Positions 1 to 21,399 of a DNA stretch of 64,000 bases are shown one piece after another. The stretch lies in assembly GCF_009914755.1 (NCBI RefSeq), contig NC_060932.1. One strand, 5' to 3'. The DNA is from the human T2T-CHM13v2.0 reference genome, Homo sapiens. Position 1 is the stretch's first letter, and every line of letters begins with the position of its first letter. The notes beneath the pieces were generated by a model. It was not told where the DNA came from, did no database searches, and was given only the letters and a program-made list of their open reading frames with translations. The position numbers and the translations under genes were made by a program.

Positions 1-175
1 GGTAATCTGGATGTGTGACCTGGATGTGTGACCTGAGCAGTGTGATCTGGGTGGTGTGAGCTGGGCAATGTGACCTAGGCAGAGTGACTTGAGCAGTGGG
101 ACCTGGGCACTGTGACCTGGGTAATCTGGATGTGTGACCAGAGCAGTGGAACCTGAGCAGTGGGACCTGGACAGT
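1..175. repeat. Degenerate ~14-bp minisatellite, consensus TGTGACCTGGGCAG (runs off the window start)
   Basis: Successive units tgtgacctgagcag, tgtgatctgggtgg, tgtgagctgggcaa, tgtgacctaggcag, agtgacttgagcag, tgggacctgggcac ... tgggacctggacag. Confidence 0.85.
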
Positions 176-323
176 AGAACTTGCTAGATACTTGTGCTTA
201 GAAGGACTGCATGCTTCATTTAATGTCCTACTGTTGCCATCTTGAAATTCTTAATACTTTTTCAAAAATAGGCCTCAAAATTTCCTTTTGCACTGGATCC
301 CACAAATTATGTGGCTAATCCTG
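176..323 (+). mobile_element. MER45A-like hAT-Tip100 DNA transposon, 3' part
   Basis: tgttgccatcttgaaattcttaata...ttttgcactggatcccacaaattatgtggctaatcctg resembles the recalled MER45A consensus. Confidence 0.65.
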
Positions 324-453
324 CCTATCTCTTTGGTACGTACCTTAAGCCTCCTGTGACATGAATTTATCATCAAGTCATGTGGGTTTTAGTTATGAAA
401 CCTCCAGTAGTTCTGTAGCTCCCCACTTTCCTCAGGAAATATACTCCAAACAG

Positions 454-4782
<4,329 letters not shown>

Positions 4783-5650
4783 ACCAGATGACTTTTCTAA
4801 GTAACTCTACTACTGCAATCAGTATGCCAGTTAAATATGTGGTTGTTTGAAAATAATACTGCTCCCCGCCCCCCCAAAAAATGAAAAGAATAACCCAGCT
4901 GTGACTAAGTTCCTTGGGAAGCCTCTGTGTAACCACCCAAGGGGTTTACCTTGCCCGCTGCCTAGTCAGAGCCGATTTATCAAGACACGGGAATTGCAAT
5001 AAAAAATAATTCATGCAGAGCTGGTTGTGCGGGAGGCCAGTGGAAGGTCAGGGTTTGTTTTTGTTTGTTTGTTTTTGTTTTTAGGCAGAGTCCCGCTCTG
5101 TTCCCCAGGCTGGAGTGCAGTGGTGGGATCTCGGCTCACTGCAACCTTCGCTTCCCGGGTTCAAGCTATTCTCATGGCTCAGCCTCCCTATTCTCATGTC
5201 TAAGCCTCCCAATCAGCCAGGATTACAGGCGCCTGTCACAACGCCAGGCTAATTTTTGTATTTTTAGCAGAGACAGAGTTTTGCCATGCTGGTTAGGTTG
5301 GTCTCAAACTTCTGACCTTGGGTGATCCACCCGCCTCAACCTCCCAAAGTGCTGGGATTACAGGCGTGAGCCACCGTGCCCGGCCTTGATCAGGGTTTTA
5401 AAGAATAATTTGGTGGGTAGGGAGGGGGGGCCAGTGAATCAGGAGTGCTGATTGGCTGGCTCGGGAATGAAATCAGAGGGAGTGGAAGATGTTCTCTTAT
5501 GCTGAGTCAGTTCCTGGGTGGGGGGCACAGAACTGGTTGGCAGGTCCAGGTGGGGCCATCCAGTTGTTAGAAATGCAAAAACCTGAAAAGACATCTCAAA
5601 AGACAGATCTTAGGTTCTCAACGCTGATGTTACCTTTAAGAATAATTGTG

Positions 5651-6429
5651 ATTTCTCTGCATTTCTTCACTGGCCATCAGAGAAATGCAAATCAAAACCA
5701 CAATGAGATACCATCTCACACCAGTTAGAATGGTGATCATTAAAAAGTCAGGAAACAATAGGTGCTGGAGAGGATGTGGAGAAATAGGAACACTTTTACA
5801 CTGTTGGTGGGACTGTAAACTAGTTCAACCATTGTGGAAGTCGGTGTGGCGATTCCTCAGGGATCTAGAACTAGAAATACCATTTGACCCAGCCATCCCA
5901 TTACTGGGTATATACCCAAAGGACTATAAATCATGCTGCTATAAAGACACATGCACACGTATGTTTATTGCGGCACTATTCACGATAGCAAAGACTTGGA
6001 ACCAACCCAAATGTCCAACAATGATAGACTGGATTAAGAAAATGTGGCACATATACACCATGGAATACTATGCAGCCATAAAAAATGATGAGTTCATGTC
6101 CTTTGTAGGGACATGGATGAAATTGGAAATCATCATTCTCAGTAAACTATCACAAGGACAAAAAACCAAACACTGCATGTTCTCACTCATAGGTGGGAAT
6201 TGAACAATAAGAACACATGGACACAGGAAGGGGAACATCACACTCTGGGGACTGTTGTGGGGTCGGGGGAGGGGGGAGGGATAGCATTGGGAGATATACC
6301 TAATGCTAAATGATGAGTTAATGGGTGCAGCACACCAGCATGGCACATGTATACATATGTAACTAACCGGCACATTGTGCACATGTACCCTAAAACTTAA
6401 AGTATAATTTAAAAAAATTACAAAAAAAA
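5651..6429 (+). mobile_element. 5'-truncated L1PA (about L1PA2-PA4): ORF2 C-terminus, 3'UTR and A-tail
   Basis: ORF 5685-6203 is the L1 ORF2p C-terminus ([27 protein letters not shown]...SLIGGN); G-rich 3'UTR; 13-bp TSD AAGAATAATTGTG at 5638-5650 and 6430-6442. Confidence 0.95.
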
Positions 6430-6713
6430 AAGAATAATTGTGGAAGTTGCGAATCTTACAACCTCTGGGATAACGGCTGGTAATATTTAGAATTCCAGCC
6501 CCTCTCATTCTAACTTGGTGGCTGGTGGCCTTTTATTCATTTCACAAGGACAGTTTAGCTTTGAGGAGGGGCTATTATTTAAATTATAAACTAAATTCCT
6601 TCCTAAGGCTAGTTGGGGCTATGCCCAGTAATGGACAAGGAGAGTTCAGAGATTAGAGGCAAGATAGAGTTAGTTAGAGCTGATGTCTTTCACTTGTCAT
6701 AATTTCCTTAGTC

Positions 6714-7065
<352 letters not shown>

Positions 7066-7498
7066 TCATTTGTTCTTTTGAAGCCAATTCCCATACTCTC
7101 TTGCACCCAAACAAATACAACTCCAAAGACATTGACACTAAGCTTTATTTAATAACCTTTAACTGCAATGGCATTTTTCTCTCTCCTTTTTTTTTTGTTA
7201 TCCAGTTAGGTTCCCTCTATTCTTTATTTTCTTATCTAGAGAAATTTGGCAACTGTCTGTAAGTTCAGATCTTGAACAGTAAGATTTCTAAAATATAAAA
7301 TTCCCTTGAATCAATGATTGATTTGCCTAATAAATATGAAATTCTGGTGGGGAGGGAAAAAGGAAAGGTAACTATGGGAGCTTGCTGGGAGTTTAATTGT
7401 TGAAAAAGTCTCATTCAAGATACCATTTCCTATTCTGATCACATGTCTCTATTCTTTCTCAGAGCACAAATGCTTGTCCTATATTAAAAGTGGCTGTG

Positions 7499-7900
<402 letters not shown>

Positions 7901-8021
7901 ATATACATATATATTTTTAAAAAGTGGCTGTGGGCATAATTAAATTTTAAATGGAAGAGCCCACAGAGAAAATGATCTCTAATGTGAAAGGAACCAGAAT
8001 TTTTGTTGTTGTTCTTCATTA

Positions 8022-8126
<105 letters not shown>

Positions 8127-8869
8127 TCACCTGAGGTCAGGAGTTTGAGACCAGCCTGACCAACATGGAGAAACCCCGTCTCTACTAAAAATACAAAGTT
8201 AGCCGGGCGTGGTGGCGCATGCCTGTAATCCCAACTACTCAAGAGGCTGAGTCAGGAGAATTGCTTCAACCCGGGAGGCGGAGGTCGTGGTGAGCCCAGA
8301 TCGCGCCATTGCAACTGCAGCCTGGGCAACAAGACCGAAATTCCATCAAAAAAAAGAAAGAAGAAAGAAAACACAAAACAAAAACGGAGCTTTTTGTTTG
8401 GTTTTCTGATTAATTCCCCAAATAATGTTACTTATCATTTCTAATTAAGGGCCTACACTTGACATGGTAGGGATGGCTCTTGGTTCCAGGATAAAGCTAC
8501 ATAGTAAGAAAGTTGCAGCTTTAAAGACTCGTAAAACTAATCAGTTCTGTAATTGAATAGTTTTAACAGTATCTTTCTTCCTATTTAGCCTCATCTTAGG
8601 AAATTTAGATCGAATCAATTTTTTTTTTTACTCCATGTCTGAAATAAAACTTTCACCCGTGCTAATAATCTAACCTATCTCAGATTCTTGGCTTTGACAG
8701 TAGTCCGTAGGCTAACCGCAGACAACGGTGCTTCTACACAAAACACGAATTGGGAGGAAATAAACTCCTCCAAAACATAGAACTATCTTTCACTATCTCT
8801 AACACTGTGTTGTGTCTTGCAGAGGCCTTGTGTAACTGGTTGGATGACTGTTTCTCTTTTTTGTTTTGA

Positions 8870-9265
<396 letters not shown>

Positions 9266-9298
9266 TGATCCCCCCGCCTTGGCCTCCCAAAGTGCTGG

Positions 9299-10065
9299 TG
9301 TTACTGGTGGGTCTTTGTTCTTAGAGCTCCCAAGATGGTGGTGGGCCACTCCCAAGATGGTGGCGGCTGCTCCCAGGATGGCAGCAAGCCTTTCGTTCTC
9401 TGACCTGGGGTTCTTGGCCTCACGGATTTCAAGGAATGGGACCTTGGGCCATGCAGTGAGTGTTATAGCTCTTTTAGAAGTCGTGGGTCACGGAAGAGAA
9501 CCGTGGAACCCAGCGACTAGTGTTCAGCTTGATTAGGACCAACCCGGGCACTTAGCCGCACAGGAACAATGGCGAGCCTCTAGCCCAAACAGGAGCGGCA
9601 ATGGGCACCTCGCTGGATCAGAAACGCAGGGGACACCCTGCCGGATCCAGAGGGGTGGAAGTCAACGGCGGGTCTGCAACAGCGGCGAACAGCAGTGGTG
9701 GACGGTGAGCGAAAGCTCAGCTCCAGGTGGAAGAGTGTGCAGCTGCAAGATTTAATAGAGTGAAAACAGCTCCCATACAGTGGGCGGGGACCCAAAGGGG
9801 GTTGCCCACTCCCGGCTGGAATGCCTGGGGTTTATATCCCAATCATTGTCCCTCCCCCTGTGCTCTCAGATGATAGATGATTTGACTATTTCTTTACCTC
9901 TTGCTTTTAGCTTAATTGGTGTTTTAGTGAGCCCTTTTTACTACCTGATTGGTCAGGTGTGAGCTGAGTTACAAGCCCCATGTTTAAGGGTGGGTGCGGT
10001 CCCCTTCCCCAGGTAGGTTTAGGAATTCTTAGTCGCCCCAGGAAATCCGCTACTCTTGTCTCTCA
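9299..10065 (-). mobile_element. LTR17 (HERV-W) solo LTR inserted in an Alu
   Basis: Minus strand begins TGAGAGACAAGAG and ends GTAACA; TATA box (+ strand tttatat 9831-9837); ATTAAA (+ strand tttaat 9751-9756); 4-bp TSD CTGG at 9295-9298 and 10066-10069 splitting Alu sequence AGTGCTGG|GATTACAGG. Confidence 0.9.
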
Positions 10066-10191
10066 CTGGGATTACAGGCGTGAGCCACCGCGCCCAGCCA
10101 ATTTTGGTATTTTTTGTAGAGCCAGGGTTTCGCCATGTTGCCCAGGCTGGGACTGAATCTTTAGAGCTGCACTCATGATTAAAAACGCTGT

Positions 10192-11020
<829 letters not shown>

Positions 11021-11075
11021 AAGTAGAAGGGAAGAAAATCGCAAGGAACTAGACTAAAAGAATCTCGACCCTTGA

Positions 11076-11219
11076 ATGGAGTTACACGAACGGCCAGATG
11101 AAAGAAGGAAGGCCCGGACCTCCACTCAGGGCCGACTAGGGGACTGGCGGAGGGTGCACGCTGATGGATTTACTCACCGGGTGCTTGGAGCTCCAGCAGC
11201 TGGCTGGAGCCCGCGATGA
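11076..11219 (+). other. LAPTM4B: 47-codon upstream ORF (MELHERPDERRKARTSTQ...[11 protein letters not shown]), out of frame with LAPTM4B in this allele
   Basis: ATG 11076; TGA 11217-11219 overlaps the ATG at 11216 (ATGA); the N-terminal sequence is that of the recalled 370-aa *2-allele protein. Confidence 0.8.
11183..11201 (+). promoter_or_regulatory. LAPTM4B: 19-bp polymorphic unit GCTTGGAGCTCCAGCAGCT, single copy (LAPTM4B*1 allele)
   Basis: One copy present; duplicating it makes the 11076-to-11216 distance 159 nt = 53 codons, consistent with the known *2 allele N-terminal extension. Confidence 0.85.
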
Positions 11220-11587
11220 CGTCACGGACTCGGGTCACATGGCCAAGTCCGCCCCGCCCCCTCCCCGTCCCCGCCGCTGCAGCGGTCGCCTTCGGAGCGA
11301 AGGGTACCGACCCGGCAGAAGCTCGGAGCTCTCGGGGTATCGAGGAGGCAGGCCCGCGGGCGCACGGGCGAGCGGGCCGGGAGCCGGAGCGGCGGAGGAG
11401 CCGGCAGCAGCGGCGCGGCGGGCTCCAGGCGAGGCGGTCGACGCTCCTGAAAACTTGCGCGCGCGCTCGCGCCACTGCGCCCGGAGCGATGAAGATGGTC
11501 GCGCCCTGGACGCGGTTCTACTCCAACAGCTGCTGCTTGTGCTGCCATGTCCGCACCGGCACCATCCTGCTCGGCGTCTGGTATCTG
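11216..11587 (+). CDS. LAPTM4B: LAPTM4B coding exon 1 (long isoform ATG 11216; short 226-aa isoform ATG 11489)
   Basis: [17 protein letters not shown]...[35 protein letters not shown]; 91 codons between the two starts; donor CTG|GTGAGC after 11587, phase 0. Confidence 0.96.
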
Positions 11588-12513
11588 GTGAGCGCGGCGC
11601 GCCCGGCCCGGGACCCTGCGTTGCTTCCGCGCCCCTAGCTGGGCTTCTGGCCCGGCCTCGCGGTGGGGTGAGGCGTGCGCTCATCCGCCTAAAGTTGTAT
11701 TATTAGAAACTTAATTCTCCGGGTGCCGCGTCCGCACTTCCCCCGGCTGGGCCAGCGCCGACTGGGGGAGGCCAGGAGTTTGGGGCGATGGGGGAGGCCA
11801 GGGGCGCGGGGCGGAGGGCCGCACTCGACCCTTGGCGCCCAGGTGGTGTGGGTCGCCGATCTCCAGCCTCCGCGCAGCCCCGCGGCCTCGCGTAGGGCGC
11901 ACCGGGGCAGACAAACTGAGCTTATCTGCCGAGCACGTGTTTCCTTTCTTCTTAAAGCCCGTGGGCTTTGTGTTTCGACGGCTGCGGACGGAGCGGTCGC
12001 GGAGGTGACGGCGCATATTTTGCAGCTCTGTGGTTAGGGTTGCGGATTTGTCAATGCTCGTTCTCCCTGGCCGCGTCTCCGCTAGGGTGGCCTGCGCTTT
12101 CACGCCGTCGCACGTTCGGATCCCGAGTTGAAGTGGTTGGGAGTTCTTGGCATCCTCTTGTGAATGGGTCCCCCCCCCGATGTTTTAAAGCCCTTACTCC
12201 AGGAAGGGATGTGAGTGTGATTTACTGCGTTTCCATCTGCCCGGGGAAGCCATTTTCCACCCACATTTTTCCTGCCCGTGGACAGTTGGTCTTCAGACCT
12301 TTTCTTGACAGACTCAGCGGGCAAATCTGGCATTTTTTTTCCTGGTTGGAACTTTTGAAGTCTTTTTTTGTATGAGGAGCAGTGATTTTCAGAGCTAGTG
12401 AGGAAACCTGATGGAGTCTTGCCCGCACCTGCCCTGCGTTGGTTGGTGGCACCCCTAGACTGCACCAGCACTGAGTCGGATTCCGCTGCATTTTGGGTTT
12501 TGTGACATCATGA

Positions 12514-12806
<293 letters not shown>

Positions 12807-13842
12807 TAGTAGAGACAGGGTTTCACCATGTTGGCCAGGCTGGTCTCGAACTGCTGACCTCGTGATTCGCCCGCCTTGGACTCCCAAAGTGCTGAGATTA
12901 CAGGCGTGAGTGAGCCACCGCGCCCGGCCGAGAAAAATTCTTATCTCTTTAATGAGTTGGGGTGTGTGTGTGTGGTTTGTTTATTGGGCCCATTTTTGGG
13001 TAGAATATGGACTTTTTGTCTAACTGTGAACCCCTTCCTTGTACCATTTTAAGCAAAACATTTCACCCCAGGCATATGGTATTCACTGTGCTATTTATAG
13101 TTTCAAGTTTCCTTTAGTCAGTGCCTATCATGGCCACACAATATAAATTTTTGGCGTGAAAGTATTTCAAACAGATATTTAGCGTGTGTGGGTTCTTACT
13201 GTGCAGTGTAAATACAGATGGAACATCAGCATATTAGCTAAACTTCGACTTTGGTAAAAGCCAAGAAATTCTTTACTGAAATTGAAAATTATAGCAAAAG
13301 GATAGTAGGTGGCTCAAAATAGTTGGTGCTTTTATTGATGATCAAGACAGCCTGTTTTATACAAGTGTCTGCCTTCCTTGAAAATGTTCAAATCTGCCGA
13401 CTTGCAAGTACATCAGAGAACGTAATTTGTAAAATCTAGGGCATTGCATTAGGCAAATGTACTACGTGATCCACAGGAAAGATAAATCCTACTTGAGCCC
13501 TGTTGGCTGTAATCCAACCAGACAGTGTAGGTGTGATAAAAGGAGAGTACTCAGCATGCTTTGTCTACTGTTTGAGCACGCTCTCTGTGGAAAGTAGTTA
13601 TTGGTGTGTTTGTCTTAACGTTTGGAAATAAATGGCCTTTTGAAAGGTAATTAGAAAGCTTTCTAGCAGATGTGAATAAAAATGTTGCTTTAGGTAAACC
13701 CTATTTCTGGGAAACCTGGCTTAAGTACTGGTAATCTTTATAAATAGTCTTTTGCATTTCACAAGGCAATGTAAGCCTTTTTCTTTTCTTTCTTTTTTTT
13801 TTTTAAAGTAGTGATTTTCACTCAGACCTTTGAATATAATTT

Positions 13843-14378
13843 TGTGATACCCTACCTTGTTTTAACCTGAATTGACTCTCCCTTAGCTAAGAGCCAGACA
13901 AGACTCCATCTTGGCTCCTTCACTTGCAGCCCCTTACCCACCCGCTTCCTCAAGGACTTAACTTGTGCAAGCTGACTCCCAGCACATCCAAGAATGCAAT
14001 TAACTGATAAGATACTGTGGCAAGCTATATCCGCAGTTCCCAGGAATTCGCCCGGTTAATAGTACCCAGAGCCCCCGCGTTTGTGTCCGGTTGATAACAC
14101 CCAAAGCCCCGCGTCTGTCACCTTGTGATAGATTTAAAGCCCCTGCACCTGGAACTGTTTACTTTCCTGTAACCATTTGTCCTTTTAACTTTTTGCCTAC
14201 TTTGTTTTAACTAGACTCTCCCCCTCCCCTTTCTGAACAAAAGTATAAAAGAAAATCTAGCCCCTTCTTTAGGGCCAAGAGAATTTTGAGCACTAGCCGT
14301 CTCTGGGTCGCCGGCTAATAAAGGACTCCTGAATTCGTCTCAGAGTGTGGTTTCTCTATAAGTTGCTCGGTTACAACA
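13843..14378 (+). mobile_element. LTR6-like (HERV-S71, ERV1) solo LTR, sense orientation in intron 1
   Basis: TG...CA termini, 4-bp TSD ATTT (13839-13842, 14379-14382), TATAAAA 14244-14250, AATAAA 14317-14322; resembles recalled LTR6A/B. Confidence 0.75.
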
Positions 14379-14547
14379 ATTTGGTTGTCCAAAACTTTGA
14401 TTTTCTTGAACTTTTTTAAGAGAGTTTGTGTGGCTAGGGAGCAGGACCACTGTAAAACGAGGCACCTTCCCTGGTTTGTCCTAACCCTTTCTCTCAGCCA
14501 GCCATCTGGATGGAATGGAGTCAATTATCAGAAAGTGGAGAGTTAAG

Positions 14548-18575
<4,028 letters not shown>

Positions 18576-18740
18576 TTAAATATCCTTGTTCAGTTATTTT
18601 TTAGGAACTTAGACACAGCAAATACATACCAAATGCCTCTGTGCCAGACACTGTTCACAGGGTAGTTAGCCATATATCAGATTATAAAGGATAAAAGAGG
18701 TCAGAGTAGCTGCTTCATTGGCTTTATGACCTGGTCTTTC

Positions 18741-18809
18741 TTTTTAATTTTCTTTCTTTCTTTTTCTTTTGTTTTTTAATTATACTTTAAGTTCTGGGAT
18801 ACAAGTGCA
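18741..18809 (-). mobile_element. Ultra-short L1 insertion (extreme 3' end plus degenerate tail)
   Basis: T-rich tail then TTATACTTTAAGTTCTGGGATACAAGTGCA (reverse L1 3' terminus); TSD GACCTGGTCTTTC at 18728-18740 and 18810-18822. Confidence 0.8.
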
Positions 18810-18871
18810 GACCTGGTCTTTCAAAGAATCCACTTGTTCACATAGAAACTCACAGTTTCCTTGTTTACTCA

Positions 18872-19489
18872 AGTAAAGGAAACCAGAATATCTCACCCAA
18901 AATATACCTCTTTGGTATATTTCAAGATAGTATTAGAGAAACTGCAAACAAGAATAGCTCTGAAAAGCTGCTGTTTGTGGAGATTTGCATCTTTAGGGAA
19001 AATCTGCATTAGTGAAATAAACAGCCAGGCTTTCTCTGAGCACACCTCCCCACCCCATCCCCCATGTTCAGACCTTGGAAAGATTAACCGAGAGATTGAG
19101 AGTCTGACACCTTTGAAGGTCTAATAGAGAAGTTTACCACATACCACAGGCTACCAAGTATCTTTTCTCAAGCCTTCTACCTGTGGGGTCTCATTTGCAT
19201 AACAAGACCACCTTCCCTAGCCAGGCCTTTCCGTCCCTCCCTCCCATAACCTGTTTTGCCGTGATCTAAACCCCTATTCTTTCTGTAACTTCAGAAAGAC
19301 ATTAAAACTTAAACCATCTGGCCCTTCCTTTGAGTTTTCTTATTTCTGTGACTCCCACGTATGCGTGTGCACGTAATACATTTGTATGCCGTTTCTTGCT
19401 GTTGATCTATTATCAGTTTGTTTATTAGACTCAAATGATCAAACCTTCAGAAGTTGTAGAAGGGGGAGAATTTTCTTCACCCCTTCACA
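18872..19489 (+). mobile_element. MER34-like ERV1 LTR
   Basis: Start ggaaaccagaatatctcacccaaaatatacctctttgg resembles the recalled MER34-family 5' end; boundaries approximate. Confidence 0.55.
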
Positions 19490-19871
19490 AGCCTGATAGA
19501 TTTTCTTTGTATTCTGAGAAGTTCAACAACTATTGATTTGTCTGAGTACAGGATAGTAAGACCAACATCCTGTATTTGTAGAGTGATTGATAGCTTTCGG
19601 TGGGCATTCACATTTGTTCTTATTTAGACCTCAAAGCAACCCTGGGTCACGCATGATAGGTGGTGATATGTTCTTTTAAGATTAATAGCTTCTTTCCAAC
19701 TGTCAGATTCTGTGACTTGGCCCGTAATTTCAGGATAGAATAACGGACTGATTTGTGGCAATTGTGTCATCTTTATTGCCTGGTGTTTTCCCCACTATGT
19801 TAGATTGTAAAAGACTAAATAGTAGGCTAAAGAGTTTGGATTTTATTCTGTAGGCAGTGGGGAACCATTGA

Positions 19872-20160
<289 letters not shown>

Positions 20161-20565
20161 TGATCTGCCCACCTCAGCCTCCCAAAGTGTTGGGATTACA
20201 GGCATGAGCCACCACGCCTGGCCAATGAAAGCAGTTTTTAAGTTAGATTAAAATGGCAGGCTGTTTCAGATGGCTGGAAAACCAGGCAGTATGTTATATA
20301 TAGCTCTCTAGATACAAACTATAGTGGGTATCAGCTCTTAGTGGTATGAATAAGATGGATAGGAATTTTTACCAGTTAGTGAGTGATACAAGTCTCTCTT
20401 TCTACCTAGGTTTTCTCCATCTGATTTAAGGAATTGAACAGATTTAGATAGGGAAGGACATTGGATTTTTAAAGTACAGGTTTCCCCTCATCTAATAAAG
20501 GATCAAGGGCAGTTCTATAGAACATTGGTTGGTGGAGATTTCAGTGGTATTCAATATCTTTTTAA

Positions 20566-20736
<171 letters not shown>

Positions 20737-20973
20737 TAATTTAGTAGAGATGGGGTTTCACCATGTTGACCAGGCTGGTCTAGAACTCTTGACCTCAGGT
20801 GATCCGCCCGCCTCCCAAAGTGCTGGGATTGCAGGCCTGAGCCTCTTATCACACTTTTATGGTAAATGTTCATTAGAATGTTTTACAGACAAGGTGGCCA
20901 ATAAATAAAGATTGCTATCAAAACTGTTTATTAATACCAATCACTCTCGGATTCACTTTAAATATATTTAACT

Positions 20974-21399
20974 TCGACCTAAAAGGAAGAAGCTGAGGCA
21001 AAATTAATGTAAGTAGAGAGTTTATTTGGGCCAGGCTTGAGGATTGCAACCCCAGAATATAGACTGACGTTGCCCTGACTGTACACACAGATTAGCAGCA
21101 GTTATAAGTGCATTTTTAAAGACTGAAAGGGGGAACAGGGAGTGTACTGATACAAAGTTGTTTGTCAGGAATTGTCCTTGATTTACAGAAACAACATTGG
21201 TTCGTGATTGGCTATCCATTGTTGAGCTATGCATTATTAGGTTAATTTGCAGCTGCTTGTGGCAATAGCAATCAGTTTTAACAGTTGAAGACATAGCTCA
21301 AAAGGGAGGGGGAGTAGAAAGTGATTGCTGTATCGTTTTAATGTCTCTCTGGGCCTGATAATAAAGACTTGCATCCCTCAGATAAAAGTTATTTTCTCA
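20974..21399 (-). mobile_element. MER65-like ERV1 LTR
   Basis: gacctaaaaggaagaagctgaggcaaaattaat..agagagtttatttgggcc resembles the recalled reverse MER65A end. Confidence 0.55.

Larger units (their letters stand above)
11040..12150. promoter_or_regulatory. LAPTM4B: CpG island / LAPTM4B promoter and exon 1
   Basis: Very GC- and CpG-rich; GC boxes CCGCCCCGCCCC ~11249-11260; full CRE TGACGTCA 11217-11224; E-boxes CAGCTG 11197-11202, GTCACATG 11234-11241, CACGTG 11934-11939. Confidence 0.9.

Noticed and set aside
1-175. Repeat array superficially like a CRISPR array
   Set aside because: Units are contiguous and degenerate with no unique spacers; human DNA with no cas genes.
5685-6203. Intact 172-aa ORF
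   Set aside because: C-terminal end of L1 ORF2p in a 5'-truncated, promoterless copy; openness reflects young age, not a host gene.
11170-12471. Several 100-150 aa minus-strand and intronic ORFs over the CpG island
   Set aside because: Arg/Pro/Ala/Gly-rich, expected from stop-codon scarcity in GC-rich DNA; no recognisable domain.
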